NCBI RefSeq assembly: GCF_003918875.1
Contig: NW_025767088.1
Location: 496,001 to 560,000, forward strand
DNA from: Haliotis rubra
Taxonomy: Eukaryota
DNA length: 64,000 nucleotides
Direction: 5' to 3'
The notes beneath the pieces are model-generated. The model did not search any database. It was not told the origin of the DNA and was given only the letters and a program-made list of their open reading frames with translations. Made by a program: the position numbers and the translations under genes. Shown here one piece after another: positions 24,062 through 36,688 of this stretch; within the stretch, counting starts at the first letter, position 1, and every line of letters starts with the position of its first letter.

Positions 24062-24964
24062 TTATCCCCGCCGGGCGTTTTGCGCAAAGCGGGGGATATA
24101 GTATTAGGCTCCGTCCGTACGTACGAATTGGAATATCTTAAGAACCGTTCACTAGATTCTTTACATATTTGGTACCTGGGTTCATCACACTATAAGAAAG
24201 GCCCAAGTCAGGTTTGGTGACCTTGACCTTCATTTCAAGGTCACAAGGGGACTTTCACGTTTTACCTGCATGTTAAGCTATCTTCAATACCAAGCTTTAT
24301 CTCGGGAAGATGCAGGGCCCAGTCGATTTTGGTGACCTTCACATAATTTTCAAGGTCATGGCCACACTTTGAAGATTTCAGCATGTAAACCTTCATGTAA
24401 AGCTATCTCAAGAACCGTTCACTGGATTTTCTTCATATTCAACCCCAAGCTTTTTCCAGGGGAAGGCGCAGGGCCCTTCACTTAATTTTCAAGGTCACAG
24501 AGACACTTTGAAGATTTCAGCATGTTAAATTGCTTGTTAAGATAGTCAGCAAGATATCGCAAAATATATTCAGTGGATTTTCTTCATATTTGACACCAAG
24601 CTTCATCTAGGGAAGGCCCAGGGCCCAGTCAATTTTGGTGACCTTCATATAATTTGTAGGGTCAGGACGACACTATGAAGATTTTAAGAACGGTTCACTG
24701 GATTTTCTTCATAGACTTTCAAGACCTCCCTTGAATGTTTTACAATAAGCAATTTCTTCAGTACTAGTTTTGCATATTTCATACACTATGACATTCATGT
24801 CAAGGTCAAAGTCAGTCTTGAAAATATGTGTGTGTTTGAACAACTAAAGAGCAAGATAATGTTTTTGTTGACATTTAACTTCATCTTAAACTTTCATTAC
24901 TTTATAAGTTTGATTTGATAATTTGCGGCGGGGGATTATGTCACCTTAGTGACAATGCTTGTTT
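24062..24964 (+). mobile_element. Non-autonomous Helentron-type (HINE/pearl-like) element
   Basis: 5' subterminal tccccgccg is inverted against 3' cggcgggggat. It has a GTCC-type microsatellite, tandem core repeats with gaccttgacct...aaggtca, a 3' hairpin tgtcac-ctta-gtgaca and a TTGTTT end. Confidence 0.8.
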
Positions 24965-25224
24965 AGTTTGTTAATGTTCTTTACTCCATATCCACCATTA
25001 TAATGCTAATCATGCATTCATATCAAATGATTAGGATATTTCATTTTACCACACTAGCGTTCTATCTTGGAAACAAAATCATATTCGATATTTGGATATG
25101 AATTAGTCATCGTAGGAACACTAAACTTGACTCCCGTATTCTTGACGATATACGCTTTCATATAAACTAAAACTTGATACAGACCTGAATTAAGTCTATC
25201 AAATAAACCTATTTGTTCTGCGTA

Positions 25225-25446
25225 CCCGTGAAGATCCGGGTTAGAATACTGATCTTCAGTAACCCATGCTTGTCGAAAGAGGCGACTAACGGGATCGGGT
25301 AGTCAGGCTACCCAAAATGCGCAGATCGATGCTGATGCTGTTGATCAATGGATTGTCTGGTCCAGACTCGATTATTTACAGACCGCCACCATAAAGTTGG
25401 AATATTGCTGAGTGTGGCGTAAAACTAAACTCACTCACTCACTCAC
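25225..25446 (+). mobile_element. Family B retroposon
   Basis: cccgtgaagatccgggttagaa...(actc)n; TSD atttgttctgcg. Confidence 0.88.
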
Positions 25447-25847
25447 AATTTGTTCTGCGAGAGTAAAACCTGATTATGTGGTACAAAATATGACATTTGT
25501 TTGGTCAACAAATTCGGAACATTTCAAGACTATTTTTGGGTGTCGTTTTCTCATAGAACAAAATATTTCTGTAAATAGTGGCCTTACTAACTTTCCAACG
25601 ATATCAAATACTTAATCTGACCTAATTTGATCGAGAACAGTAAAATTCTGGTGCCACGTCGATAATAAGTTACAAATAGGCCCAAGATCGTGAAACTTGT
25701 GTCGACTTCTGTTGAAATATCCCTAATTAAGCCTTCCTTATAACTCGAAGTTAAAGCCTGGTCAATGTACAGTACATTCCCAATTTAGCCTTCCTCTGGC
25801 GGTTGTGTCGATTCTATGTTCCCTTCAACACAGTGGAGTTTGACTGT

Positions 25848-26292
25848 AATAATAATAATAATAATAATGAGGATTTATCCATCCACAAGGTGCATGCTCA
25901 AAGCGCATAAAATGAGAGAAAAGACACAGGTAGTGAAATAATAGTATGAAATAAAACTTATGAATGATAGCCTGAAATAAAGCCTATGAATAATAGCAGG
26001 ATAAAATGTCTATGGATTAAAGTTCATGAATGATAGGGTGAAATAAAGTCTATGAATAATAGCCTGAAAATAGTTGCGTCTTGAGTTTTGATTTGAATAC
26101 AGTTAATGATGATGAAAGTTTGATGTCCAGAGGAAGTTTGATCCATAGTCGAGGAGCTGCGTGGGTAAAAGACTTCTGTCCATAGCTGGTAAGATTATAC
26201 TTTGGTGTGTTCAGAAGATTCAGATTTTGAGATCGAAGAGTCTTTATAGGGATGTAGTCTACTAGCATATTAGAAAGATATGGTGGTGCCAT
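25848..26292 (-). mobile_element. L2/CR1-clade LINE 3' fragment
   Basis: ORF2 C-terminus APPYL...TLRS...YGQKSFTHAAPRLW.KLP..IK....LTVFKSKLKTQLF, followed by a (TTA)n tail. Confidence 0.85.
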
Positions 26293-27008
26293 ATTATTTT
26301 GACATTTTTACACCATACACAGAATTTTAAAGTTGATTCTCGCTTGGTATTCATCTGATTTGTTCTGTCTGGAATCAGACCATCGTTTGATTTATCAATT
26401 ATGGATATTAACAATACCACATGTTTCTGGAAGTTTCTGAGCCGTTGATGATGGTGGTTATCACGATGACGTGAAATATTCACTGTGGTTTTTTTACCAT
26501 GCATTTGCATGGGTCTGGTCTAATGTGATGTTCCAGACAAATGCAGGTGAGCTACTGGATCTGCTCGCTATTTTCAGTGTATGGTATCATCTGGAGAGTG
26601 ATGAATACAACTAATAAAGCTGTCAAACATAATTATCTAAGTATTTGGCATTTGTTGTGATGAAAAATGAATTCATACACATCTGTTTTTCAGTATTTCA
26701 GTGTAATGGTAGAGTGTTCAAAGGGTACCAACGAAAAGGAGTTTTTATGTTAATTCATTCAATAAATCTGTGCATTATAAAATATGACTTAACTTTTTTT
26801 TTAAACATTGGGTTAACACACAGGGCCTTTGTATGACTCGTGAGGGTATAGGATCTACAGAGTTGCATCCCTTAGAAACGACAGGATCTGCTGTATCTCA
26901 GTTCTAATTCCACATTCATCATCTGTTCTTTATTGGTTTGTACAACCATGTTGTTAAACTTCGTGCATGAACTGGTGCAAACCCTACCATTGAGACCGCC
27001 GTCATATA

Positions 27009-27495
27009 CAGTCATTGGACATAAGTTTTCGTCACTGTGCATAATTTCCATAGACTTACATGTTAATTTGGTGCAGCTAGAAAAACTGTCTTGAATTTAT
27101 TTTTTGTTTGATCTTGTTCGTATTTTGCACATGTGTCGTGAATCATCTCAGCAGCAAAGACATAATTTCCGTTTTATTTTCCATTCAGTATTTCAAGAAA
27201 GACCACACTTTGATTGATGCGTGTCATGGTTATGACAAGTTTTAACATGGCGGACTATGGGGAAAGAATACACAATGTTGTATATATGTTGCTCATGTAA
27301 CTACAATGCGGAATACTTGAAGGAACATTACATGGAAATTATGTATCTGTGACCAGGATGCTTTCCTAACAACCTGCAAAATTTTACAACCAAATAACGA
27401 AAACTGAATTAATGAAAATTATTACAGCTACACTAAAGTAACATGCAAGTCTATGAGAATTTTGCCGACTGACGAATACTTATGCCCCATGACTG
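27009..27495. mobile_element. TA-TSD MITE with long imperfect TIRs, inserted into a family B tail
   Basis: ta|cagtcattggacataagt...acttatgccccatgactg|ta. The flanks rejoin as gaccgccgtcata-tagctggaatattgctgag. Confidence 0.8.
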
Positions 27496-27646
27496 TAGCT
27501 GGAATATTGCTGAGTGCGGCGTAAAACTAAACTCACTCACTCGCTCCCTCCCTCCCATTGAATGACCTTGACAACATGTGTTCAGCAGATACCACTAAGC
27601 CACGATGCTTGCCTTGTCAAGTGAGAAAGAAGTAGTCACTGTGATG

Positions 27647-27894
27647 TGAGTGAGTGAGTGAGTTGAGTTTGACACCGCACTCAGCAATATTCCAGCTATA
27701 TGGCGGGTGTCTGTAAATAATCAAGTCTGGACCAGACAATCCAGGGATCAACAGCATGAGCATCGATCTACACAATTGGGATGCGATGACATGTGTCCAC
27801 CCAGTCAGCGAGCCTGACCACCCGTACCCGTTAGTCGCCTCTTACAACAAGCATGGGTTACTGAAGGTTCGTTCTAACCCGGATCTTCACGGGT
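27647..27894 (-). mobile_element. Family B retroposon
   Basis: Full reverse copy; TSD tcactgtgatgt. Confidence 0.88.
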
Positions 27895-28532
27895 TCACTG
27901 TGATGTAAACTGAACCCTCGTCAGTGTATGAAGTAAGGCCCGTCCAACCGCCCGAGACGGGCCAGATTTCTGACAGACGGTCTAAATTTACAGCTAGCCA
28001 GCCCGATGGTCTGGTAAAATAATTCAAATAACATGTTCCATACATCTGAGTAAATTGACAATATCTTAAAATCTTATTTTCCACTTGAGCGTTACATTTA
28101 GACGTGACAATTATACTGTTTGAACATTGAACTATCGTATCGCGAGCTAAAAGCACTGAGTTGGTATATATTATCACTATAACAGCTACACATAACAAAG
28201 GATAGCTACTCAACTCAAAATGAGAATACACCATTCTATCAAGGTCTAGATTACATGTGTAGACCCGTCAAAAAAGGAAACAGTTGAAAAACATATACTG
28301 TACAAGAAATTGAATGGACTATGTAAGATGTGACGAATCGTCAAATGGCGCATACTCAAATGGCCGCATGGATCACTGGGTATAATGTCACTCTGTCACA
28401 AAGCGACGCCGGTGACCTGTGACAGGGACGACCACCCTCCTGCATCTTGCAGTTACAGCTGTTGGCAGGCCGAAGCAGTTCCAGGTTGAAATAGCATAGC
28501 TGGCCTCGTCTTTTTCCATTGTGAGCAAGTCT

Positions 28533-28980
28533 GGAGTGAGTGAGTGAGTTAATATTTAACGTCACATCGGCAATATCTCAGCCATATCGTGACGAAAACA
28601 ATTTATACGACAAAAAGTGAAAACATTTTGAAGATTAAAATCTGTCGACGATCGACAGTAAAATACTAGAGAATCACAGCTATGAGTATAAAACTAGCGA
28701 GCAAAGCTAAAACATTCCAATTAAAGAAGACAATACAGTATAAGAGACGGGCTATAGATCGCCAACAACTGAAGGTAGATCACCATACTAGGAACCATGG
28801 GGACTTACATTACTTTTGCTACCTGCATGGACCCTAGCTGGATTTACACCATCCCTTCAGCCGCTGGCGATTGTAGGAACATTTAGCCGGCAATTAAAAG
28901 AACAAAGATACTACGTTTAAAATACGGTAAATTTACATTTTACTTTGAAAGTATTGGGACTTACGTACCCTCTCAGGAGG
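28533..28980 (-). mobile_element. Retroposon 3' segment with a family A/B-like tail but a different body
   Basis: The minus strand ends cgtcacgatatggctgagatattgccgatgtgacgttaaatattaactcactcactc; gcaagtctggag occurs on both flanks as a likely TSD. Confidence 0.55.
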
Positions 28981-30500
28981 AGCAAGTCTGGAGAGAACAC
29001 TAAATGGACACGTGCATGTTTCCAGGCCAAAAATGCCCTGACCAGTTTTGTTCTTAGGTAAGTTCCTTCCATCCAATGGTCAGCCTTCTGCCGATCTACA
29101 ACCTCCATCACACCCACTCCCCTCAAATTGTACTAGGCCAAACCTTCCGGGTTTCACCTGATTTACAGAATGTCAGGCACAGAAAGAATCCAACTCATGA
29201 CGTCAAATAGCTTGACAATAACAACAAATTACACTAAGTAAACCATAAACGTTCATTTATTCAATACAGTATATCAGTACATGAAAATACTGGGTCCAGT
29301 TTTAGAACATTAATGTTATAAACATCTTATCTGTACATAACATAATATAAATTGAAGACATCAAAGTGACAAATGTCTTAGAATTATTAGTAGATTGCAT
29401 TTGAAATGATTTGTAGACGATCTTGGATAGTATATAATTTACTTACAAATTATAGGTCTATACTTATTGGTATTTTATTTCATTTTCGTTTTGTTATTTT
29501 TTTATTTTTGTTTTTGTTGATTAAAGTTAAGACAAATGGTAAATCAGGAGAATTACGGCAAGAAAGGTAACAACAAACCAGTTTTGACAAAGGAAACCCC
29601 TTTATGCACTAAAAGGAGACTTTTTTCAACACCAGTGTATACACAAATATGATAATGATTGTACACCACTTTTAGGCTACCAATATAATATGTTAACACT
29701 GTTTACAACTTTTTGTAAGGAAAAACGTTTTAATATGTTTTCATTATTTCATTTATGTGCTAATGCCTGGAACACAATATTTAGGATATTTGTTTGCTTG
29801 AATCACAACCCGCTTTTGCATTGAAAATGTAATTACTGCGGGTCTATGTGCTTCAAATGTGCACATGATATGCATGTACACACACGGACATATGTGTGCA
29901 CACATGCATGCTCTCACACTCTCATAAGGTACACGATATTACTGCATCGTGAAACTACTCTCATTTATAATGCGAAAATGAAAACGAAAATCTGGCGAAA
30001 ACAAATGGCTATTTGCGAACAGCTGTTTTTCACTGTCTTTAACTGAACCTCCTTATGCTCTGGGGTTCATACATCCAACTGAACACATGTCACATACGTA
30101 TCAGTTTCTGCAAAATAAGCAATTTTCAAACACCTTAATACTACAATCACATTCACACATACCGTGCACACACATTCACTCATTACTAGAACATTCACCC
30201 ACAGTGGTTATAACGTTCCCACAGCACTGTACAAATTCACTCGTTCTAAAACATTCACTCACAGCACTAAAGACATTCATTCATAGCACTACAAACATTC
30301 ACAGACAGAACACTGTTGAACTAATCAAAATGAACAGTTGGAAGTTTGACTGGCACCATAACTGTGCTTAACAGGTCTCATATTTTGAAGAATATGACTG
30401 CTCGATTGTTCAGTAAAAACTTACCTCAAATATTCATAAACTGACTCATCACACGACTGAAGGTTCTCTGAAATAGCAGTTCTTAACTCCCCTCTTACAT

Positions 30501-32841
30501 CTATACGACACCTACGATCCCAAAGAGAAGCATTAGTAAGGGCAAAATCAGGGGCAGATAATCCTCATACACTGGTGTGTCCTCCCACTGCACATCCAGC
30601 TCTGCCTGACACAGACAGCGGATGCCGGCCACGTGGGGAGCTTCTGTTGGTGATTGGGATCTGTGAGGAGCAAAGTCTGTGGATGAGGCTTCCGGGGTGG
30701 CAAAGTGGCACTCATGGCTTTGTCGAGTATCAGGTGCCCTTGTTGCAACATCAGATGTCTCCTCAGAAATGTCAAAAGAGGACGAGCTCTCAGGAGTAGC
30801 AAAGTGGTATTCGTGGCTTAGTCCGGAATCAAATATCCTTGTTGCAACAATAGATGTTTCCTCTGGAATTTCAGTAGAGGACGAGCTCTCAGGAGTAGCA
30901 AAGCGGCACTCATGTAAGACATCGGATTTCGTTGATCCAACACTTGAGATCTTCTTAACAACCTCGACAGAGGACGAGCATCCAGGAGTGGCAAAGCGGC
31001 ACTCATGACCTTGTCCAGCATCGTATATCCTTGGAACATCAAAGGTCATCTCATCAACTTCAGTACAGGACGAGTTCTCAGGAGTAGCAAACTTGCACGC
31101 CCTGCTTTGTCCAGCATCAGATTTCATTGATGCAACAACAGATATCTCCTCTGCAACTTCACTAGAGAACGAGCTCTCAGGAGTAGCAAAGTGGCACTCA
31201 TAGCTTTGTCTAACACAATGTTTCCTTGGAACATCAAAGGTCGTCTGAACAACCTCAGCAGAGGTCGCGCTCTCATGAGCAGAAAAGTGGCACTTGTGGC
31301 AGTGTCCATTGACACATTTCCTTGTTGCTGAGGTCTTCTCAGCAACTTCAGTAGTGATGGAACTATCATCTAGACTTTGACTTTCTGTCTCTAACATCTG
31401 GTTACAGCACGGAGGAGAGGTCATGTTGACTGCTGTGTCATGCCTGTGTTGGATGTGTCCACGAGTAGAAACTGAAGTGTCTTCAGATCCTAGGCCTATT
31501 GTTGGGGATCTGGGACAAGGACTTCTAGAAGCGGATGCAATCTTGCATTGCCTTTCTGTGGGAAGAACAGCTGGTGCTCCCAGCAACTCATCGTTCTCTC
31601 TGTTAGTGGATTTCATGTTTGATGGAGATACTTTGGCACTCCGTGTCATCACTTTGCTGTCCGTAGGTGTACATACATCTGATAAAGCACCATTGACTTC
31701 ATCTTTACCAGGACCTGGAGGCGAGTACTTGTCGACTGGTGTGTTAACTCTGAGTATAGACCTGGGAGGTTCTTCCTGTGATTCCTCATCAATGGAGTCA
31801 AGGTAGCCGTGTGATGGCACGATCACGGTGGGGAACAGGACCTCCCTTGTGTACTCCTCCTGCAACAGCTGGTTTACAGTCCAGAGAGTAGGTCTCACGG
31901 CAGGATCCTCAGCCATACACATGTCAGAAACTGTCAACAAGGTTGAGATGTGGGAGACGCCATGGATCTTCTTCAGGACTCTGCCAAGACTGAATATATC
32001 ACATGCAGCGGTTGTCTCAGCGTGAGCACAGGCCTCTGGGGCTAGATGTACACAATTCTTCATGTCCCCTCTGTAGGTTACCCCTGATTTGTAAGATGCT
32101 GATCCCATGTCACAGAATTTGACCAAAGGCAATGTCCCAGACATGTCCACAAGTATATTGTCTGACTTCAGGTCATTGATGAGAACGTCTTTCTTGTGGA
32201 TTTTATTCAGACCACTGGTTATCTGACACACAATATTCAGCCAGTGTAATCCTGTCACTCTTGAATCGCACAACACGTCATAAAGTGTTAATCCGGTACC
32301 AACATACTCCATCACGATGTTGTAGCCATCCTCCTCGTCACTCAATAGTCCGTAACAGATAGGGACGCAGCCTGTGGACTCAAGGTACATGGTGATCTTT
32401 GCCTCATTAGCGATGGACTCCTGTGTTGTCCGGTTTGAAAAGTGTTCTTTAACCACCACGTCTCTACTCTGGCCAGGAGACACCGTTAACGTTGCTGCAT
32501 ATACTTTCCCAAATGACCCAGTGCCGATGATTATTTCCGTGAGACCATCTGATTCCAATTTGTAGTCGACTATATCAGAAGGAAGAGTTGGAATCTTGAT
32601 GTGTCTAAAATCTGAAGACACGCAAAAGGAAGGTCCACACACCCTCTTGAAGACGTACTCAGAAGGGAAGGGTTCATGGCTGGCTGGCTTGTCCTCATCG
32701 TGGTGTAAGGCGGTGGCAGAAGTGATAGCATGATCACTGTGGTAGGCTTGTCCGAGAGAGGCTCGAGAGGGAGACAGGGTGCTCAAGGTAGGAATGTCTA
32801 GGACGTCATCCTCGTGCAGGAAAGAACGTGGAGACTCAGCC
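30501..32841 (-). CDS. Kinase gene coding exon 2: divergent Ser/Thr-type protein kinase domain, ~7 FATP repeats, hydrophobic C-terminal tail (joined protein ~1094 aa)
   Basis: Acceptor tatttatgtttcAG|G at 32842/32841. Motifs are GTGSFGKV, VVVK, alphaC E (ANEAK), INDLKSDNIL, DMG, HLAPE, DIFSLG and RPT. The protein ends YLPLILPLLMLLFGIVGVV*. Confidence 0.85.
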
Positions 32842-33189
32842 CTGAAACATAAATACAACATAAAAATGTGACCAACCCCTGCCTGATTCATACATATCAA
32901 ACGTCAATGGGAGAGAACAATACATTTTGATTATTCCATGGACATACAACAACAACATTATATGAACGGATGACTAAAAATTAGTAATGACACGCTTGCG
33001 ATTAGTTCTTGGATGGCAAATTGTCACAAAACAAACAGGATAATAAGAAGAAATGGAACAACTACAATAGGGCTATTGCCCTCGGCTCGTAATAACGTTT
33101 AACGAACATCGGAACACACTTAAGGTGTGCCTGAAGCTTAGGACCCCTCGTTTAGTCGGAAATCGTAATTAAAGAGTCAAACCATCCAA

Positions 33190-33620
33190 GAGAGAGAGAG
33201 AGAGAGAGAGCAGGGAGACAGAAAGACCCAGAGACAGACAGAGAAACACACATAGAGAGATAGAGAGAAGACAGACAGAGACTCGCAGCAGAGAGAAACA
33301 GAGAGAGACTCTCAGGGATAGAGAGAAACAGACATAGAGAGAGAGAGACTCTCAGGGGATAGAGAGAAACAGACATAGAGAGAGACTCGCAGAGGGATAG
33401 AGGGAAACAGACATAGAGAGAGACTCGCAGAGGGATAGAGAGAAACAGACCTAGAGAGAGACTCGCAGAGGGATAGAGGGAAACAGACATAGAGAGAGAC
33501 TCGCAGAGGGATAGAGGAAACAGACCTAGAGAGAGACTCGCAGAGGGATAGAGAAACAGACCTAGAGAGAGACTCGCAGAGGGATAGAGAGAAACAGACA
33601 TAGAGAGAGAGACAGAGACA
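33190..33620. repeat. GA-rich micro/minisatellite in the kinase intron
   Basis: (ga)n grading into ~36-40-bp units gagagactcgcagagggatagagagaaacagacata. Confidence 0.92.
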
Positions 33621-33624
33621 TTAC

Positions 33625-34568
33625 CTTGTATACCTGTTCCTTCCTGTGCAGGAAAGGTCCTTTATCTGGCTGTTCAGGCAACTTTGCACTGGTGTCTGCT
33701 CCTCGGAAGACCCGTAGCATCCGGTAATGTCCGTCACCTCCGTCACGGCGCTGTGAAACGGCTGACATCCAGCAAGACAGGGTCGTGGGTGGTTTGGTCC
33801 AGCAGGATCACATAGCAGACTTGACCATGCACACCCACCACTCTGGTAGCCTCCATCGAGAAGCGGGGTGCACAAGAGCAGGAGCAGACCATCCTTCACA
33901 GACTCTGGAACCTCTGAGACAGACTTAACCAGAGATACTTCTTCGAACAGGTCGCTAAAATATGGCGGGCCGCACTGGTGTTCTGTTTGAACGGAAACAT
34001 CAGACGTTGCATGGGCGTCCTGGTTCCCAGATTCGATCTCATCGATGTCCTCAAGTGAAGGCAGCTGTGTTTTTTGACATCTTGGTAAGACCTCAGTGTC
34101 TTCTCTCCTTTTCTTATTTGGTCGCGATATGCCTTGAACCGCACCGTTTGCTATATTCTCTAAGCCTGCACACGTGTTATCGAATTTGATTAAGCAGCGT
34201 GTTTGCCCTTCACCACGTGTTCTATGGACTTCTGGGTGACGTCTGTTCAGATAGCTGTGCCGTGGCTTCTGTCTTGTGCTCGCCAGAACTTTGGACAATC
34301 CTTGGTATGACTTGGATCCAGCGATGGCCGCGGCAGTTTCGACATTAGAGTCAGCTTCCTTGGAATTACCGTTGTTGTTACTGTTCAGGAAGGCTGTCGC
34401 ATTAAACTGGACACTTCTAGTGACGACAAACACATGCTGTGAGAATCCATGAGATCTGTCTCTTGTTCTTGTGATGAAGGATTCAATAGCTGAAGTCCTG
34501 TATATAGTACCTGGTGCTCCAACTTGACTTTTATCAGTCGTGCTACAAGGCTCGATGACCCCCGCCAT
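33625..34568 (-). CDS. Kinase gene coding exon 1 (944 nt, uncharacterised N-terminal region)
   Basis: ATG at 34568 in aaaATGG context, open 315-aa frame, donor AAG|GTAATG at 33625/33624. Its phase 2 matches the acceptor of the kinase exon (AG|G = Arg). Confidence 0.7.
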
Positions 34569-34639
34569 TTTAACTTCGTGAAAACCGCACTTCTCTTCAC
34601 ACGATGTGAAAGAACATGTTGAAGGCAGAAAGACTGCGC

Positions 34640-34875
34640 CAACAATGACGTGACGTCACAGACGAATCCAAGATGTCTCTGACGTCGCGAGACATGAAAC
34701 ATGGTTACTGATCTTCGCGTTATACAGTAAAACACAAAATATCCTTTCGTCATGTAAACCGTCAATATAGTCTACAAGTCTCAGTAAGTTTTATGGTTCG
34801 ATGACATCATTTAAAATTTTTTGATACTTTTCGTCACAATTTCATGACGTCATAATCGTGTCTGACATCAGTATC
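34640..34875 (-). promoter_or_regulatory. CRE-like site cluster upstream of the kinase ATG
   Basis: TGACGTCA at 34651 and 34845, TGACG at 34646, TGACGTCG at 34680, TGACATCA at 34802 and 34863. Confidence 0.45.
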
Positions 34876-35217
34876 AAGTTCGCTGGTTTTCGCTGTCACT
34901 CGTAAATGCACCGAAATAGACTTTTTGTCGCGGTGTCTTATCGGCTTTGCGTCCAAAACCAACACAAATATCGAGACATGAAAATACCAAAATTTCAAGC
35001 GCGTCTCACAAGATATGAAAGTACAATATTTCCCAGGGTCTATTCATTTCGCTCAAATTGATGGCCCAGCGTATACTCTGTTCAATGCTTTCACAGTTGC
35101 AACTTCCTTATCGAGTCTCATATTTTACAGACATCCAAAGAAATTCATCTGCAGGAAACGGTCAATATTTATTACAAACATATCACAGCATCCTCGTTGT
35201 GTAATAGATCCCCATCT

Positions 35218-35752
35218 ACCTGTGAAGATCCGAGTTAGAATTTGTCTTCAGCACCCCATGCTTGTCGTAAGAGGCGACAAAAGGGGTCGGGTGGTCAGGC
35301 TCGCTGACTTGGTTGACTGACTGACTGGGTGTGGTTTTACGCCGCTTTTAGCAATATTCCAGCAATATCGCGGTGGGACACGAGAAATGCGCTTCACACA
35401 TTGTACCCATGTGGGGAATCGAACCTGGGTCTTCTGTGTGACGAGCGAACGCTTTAACCATTAGGCTACCCCACCACCCCTATGACTTGGTTGACACATG
35501 CCATTGTATCGCAATCTCGGAGATCGATGCTCATGACTGACTGACTGACTGAGTATGGTTTTACGCCGTTTTTAGCAATATTCCATCAATATCACGGCGG
35601 GGGACACCAGAAATGGGCTTCACAAATTGTACCCATGTGGGGAATCGAAGCCGGGTTGATCACTGGGTTGTCTGGTCCAGACTCGATTGTTTACACACCG
35701 CCGCCATATAGCTGAAATATTGCTGAGTGCGGCGTTAAACAACAAACAACCA
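35218..35752. mobile_element. Nested SINEs: a + strand family B copy interrupted twice by - strand family A copies
   Basis: B head 35218-35317; A(-) ~35318-35480 with TSD tgacttggttgac; B continues; A(-) ~35537-35655; B tail to ~35752. Confidence 0.8.
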
Positions 35753-36119
35753 ACCCGAGGCAGGGAGACAAAAGTACCATCATTAAACCTCGTCAGACGC
35801 TCCATCTAATATATCACGACAGTCTAAATTTAGGGACTTGTCCATAGCCTGCATCTCTATAAGTCAGAATTATAATAGATATATATGATCCATCCTGATT
35901 TGGGTAACATAATATTCATGTTGACTTTACATCCAAACATGTGGAATAAAAATTACATCGTCACAAAAACTTCAAAATACTTCTGAACGCACACCTAAAT
36001 TCTAAATTAAACAGACGTATAACATCACATATTGATGAAACAAATTTTTGGTAAGATTTACTTTCCATTTTCACAAACTAATCACCCAACCGACAGTGCC
36101 ACATTTGAACCCTATAATT

Positions 36120-36188
36120 TACATAACGTGAGGTCACGCGTGCGTTGAGCTTCCGGAAAGGCTTTTTCACCTTGAAAACAGGGTAGGC
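36120..36188 (+). promoter_or_regulatory. Candidate promoter / non-coding first exon for paralogue 3, divergent from the kinase gene
   Basis: CpG-rich GGTCACGCGTGCG, an ETS-like CTTCCGGAA site, then a possible donor GG|GTAGGC at 36183. Confidence 0.3.
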
Positions 36189-36688
36189 TCACAAATCTGC
36201 TCATACATAATGTCACCGTTTCTGTTTGACACTTAACTGTTTGTTATATACATTTGACGAACTGTGTGAGGTTGGACTGTCATTTGGGGAAACTGTCTCA
36301 CAATGGGGTACAACTTCAAGGCATGATTTGGACGTTTGTTGACTTGCGTGCCAGTCACATGACACGTGCGAGACACCGATCAGATACGAAAACTGTTTTA
36401 TTAATTCTACATGGTTATCAATCGTGTCAACAGTATTCCAGATGTGGGATAATTAATATATGACATACGTCTCATATAGCCATTGATTTGAGCAAAACTA
36501 CATTTTAACTAGGTTATTCCTACAAAGCTACAATTTCACCAATGCTAGGTCTAACAACCTAACAACTGACAGTGCTAAGTTTTGACAATAATAAGATATC
36601 ACTTGGAGACTTTGATCAAAAAGAGATGTTTTCGTTGTTTTATTCTATTAATTTCATTTCTGACCAGATATTTTTAAAAGTCTTCCAC

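Noticed and set aside
27830-27894. Hammerhead ribozyme in family B (CTGAAG-like core on the antisense strand)
   Set aside because: No GAAA core after a stem II, and it is on the strand opposite to the tail-defined orientation.
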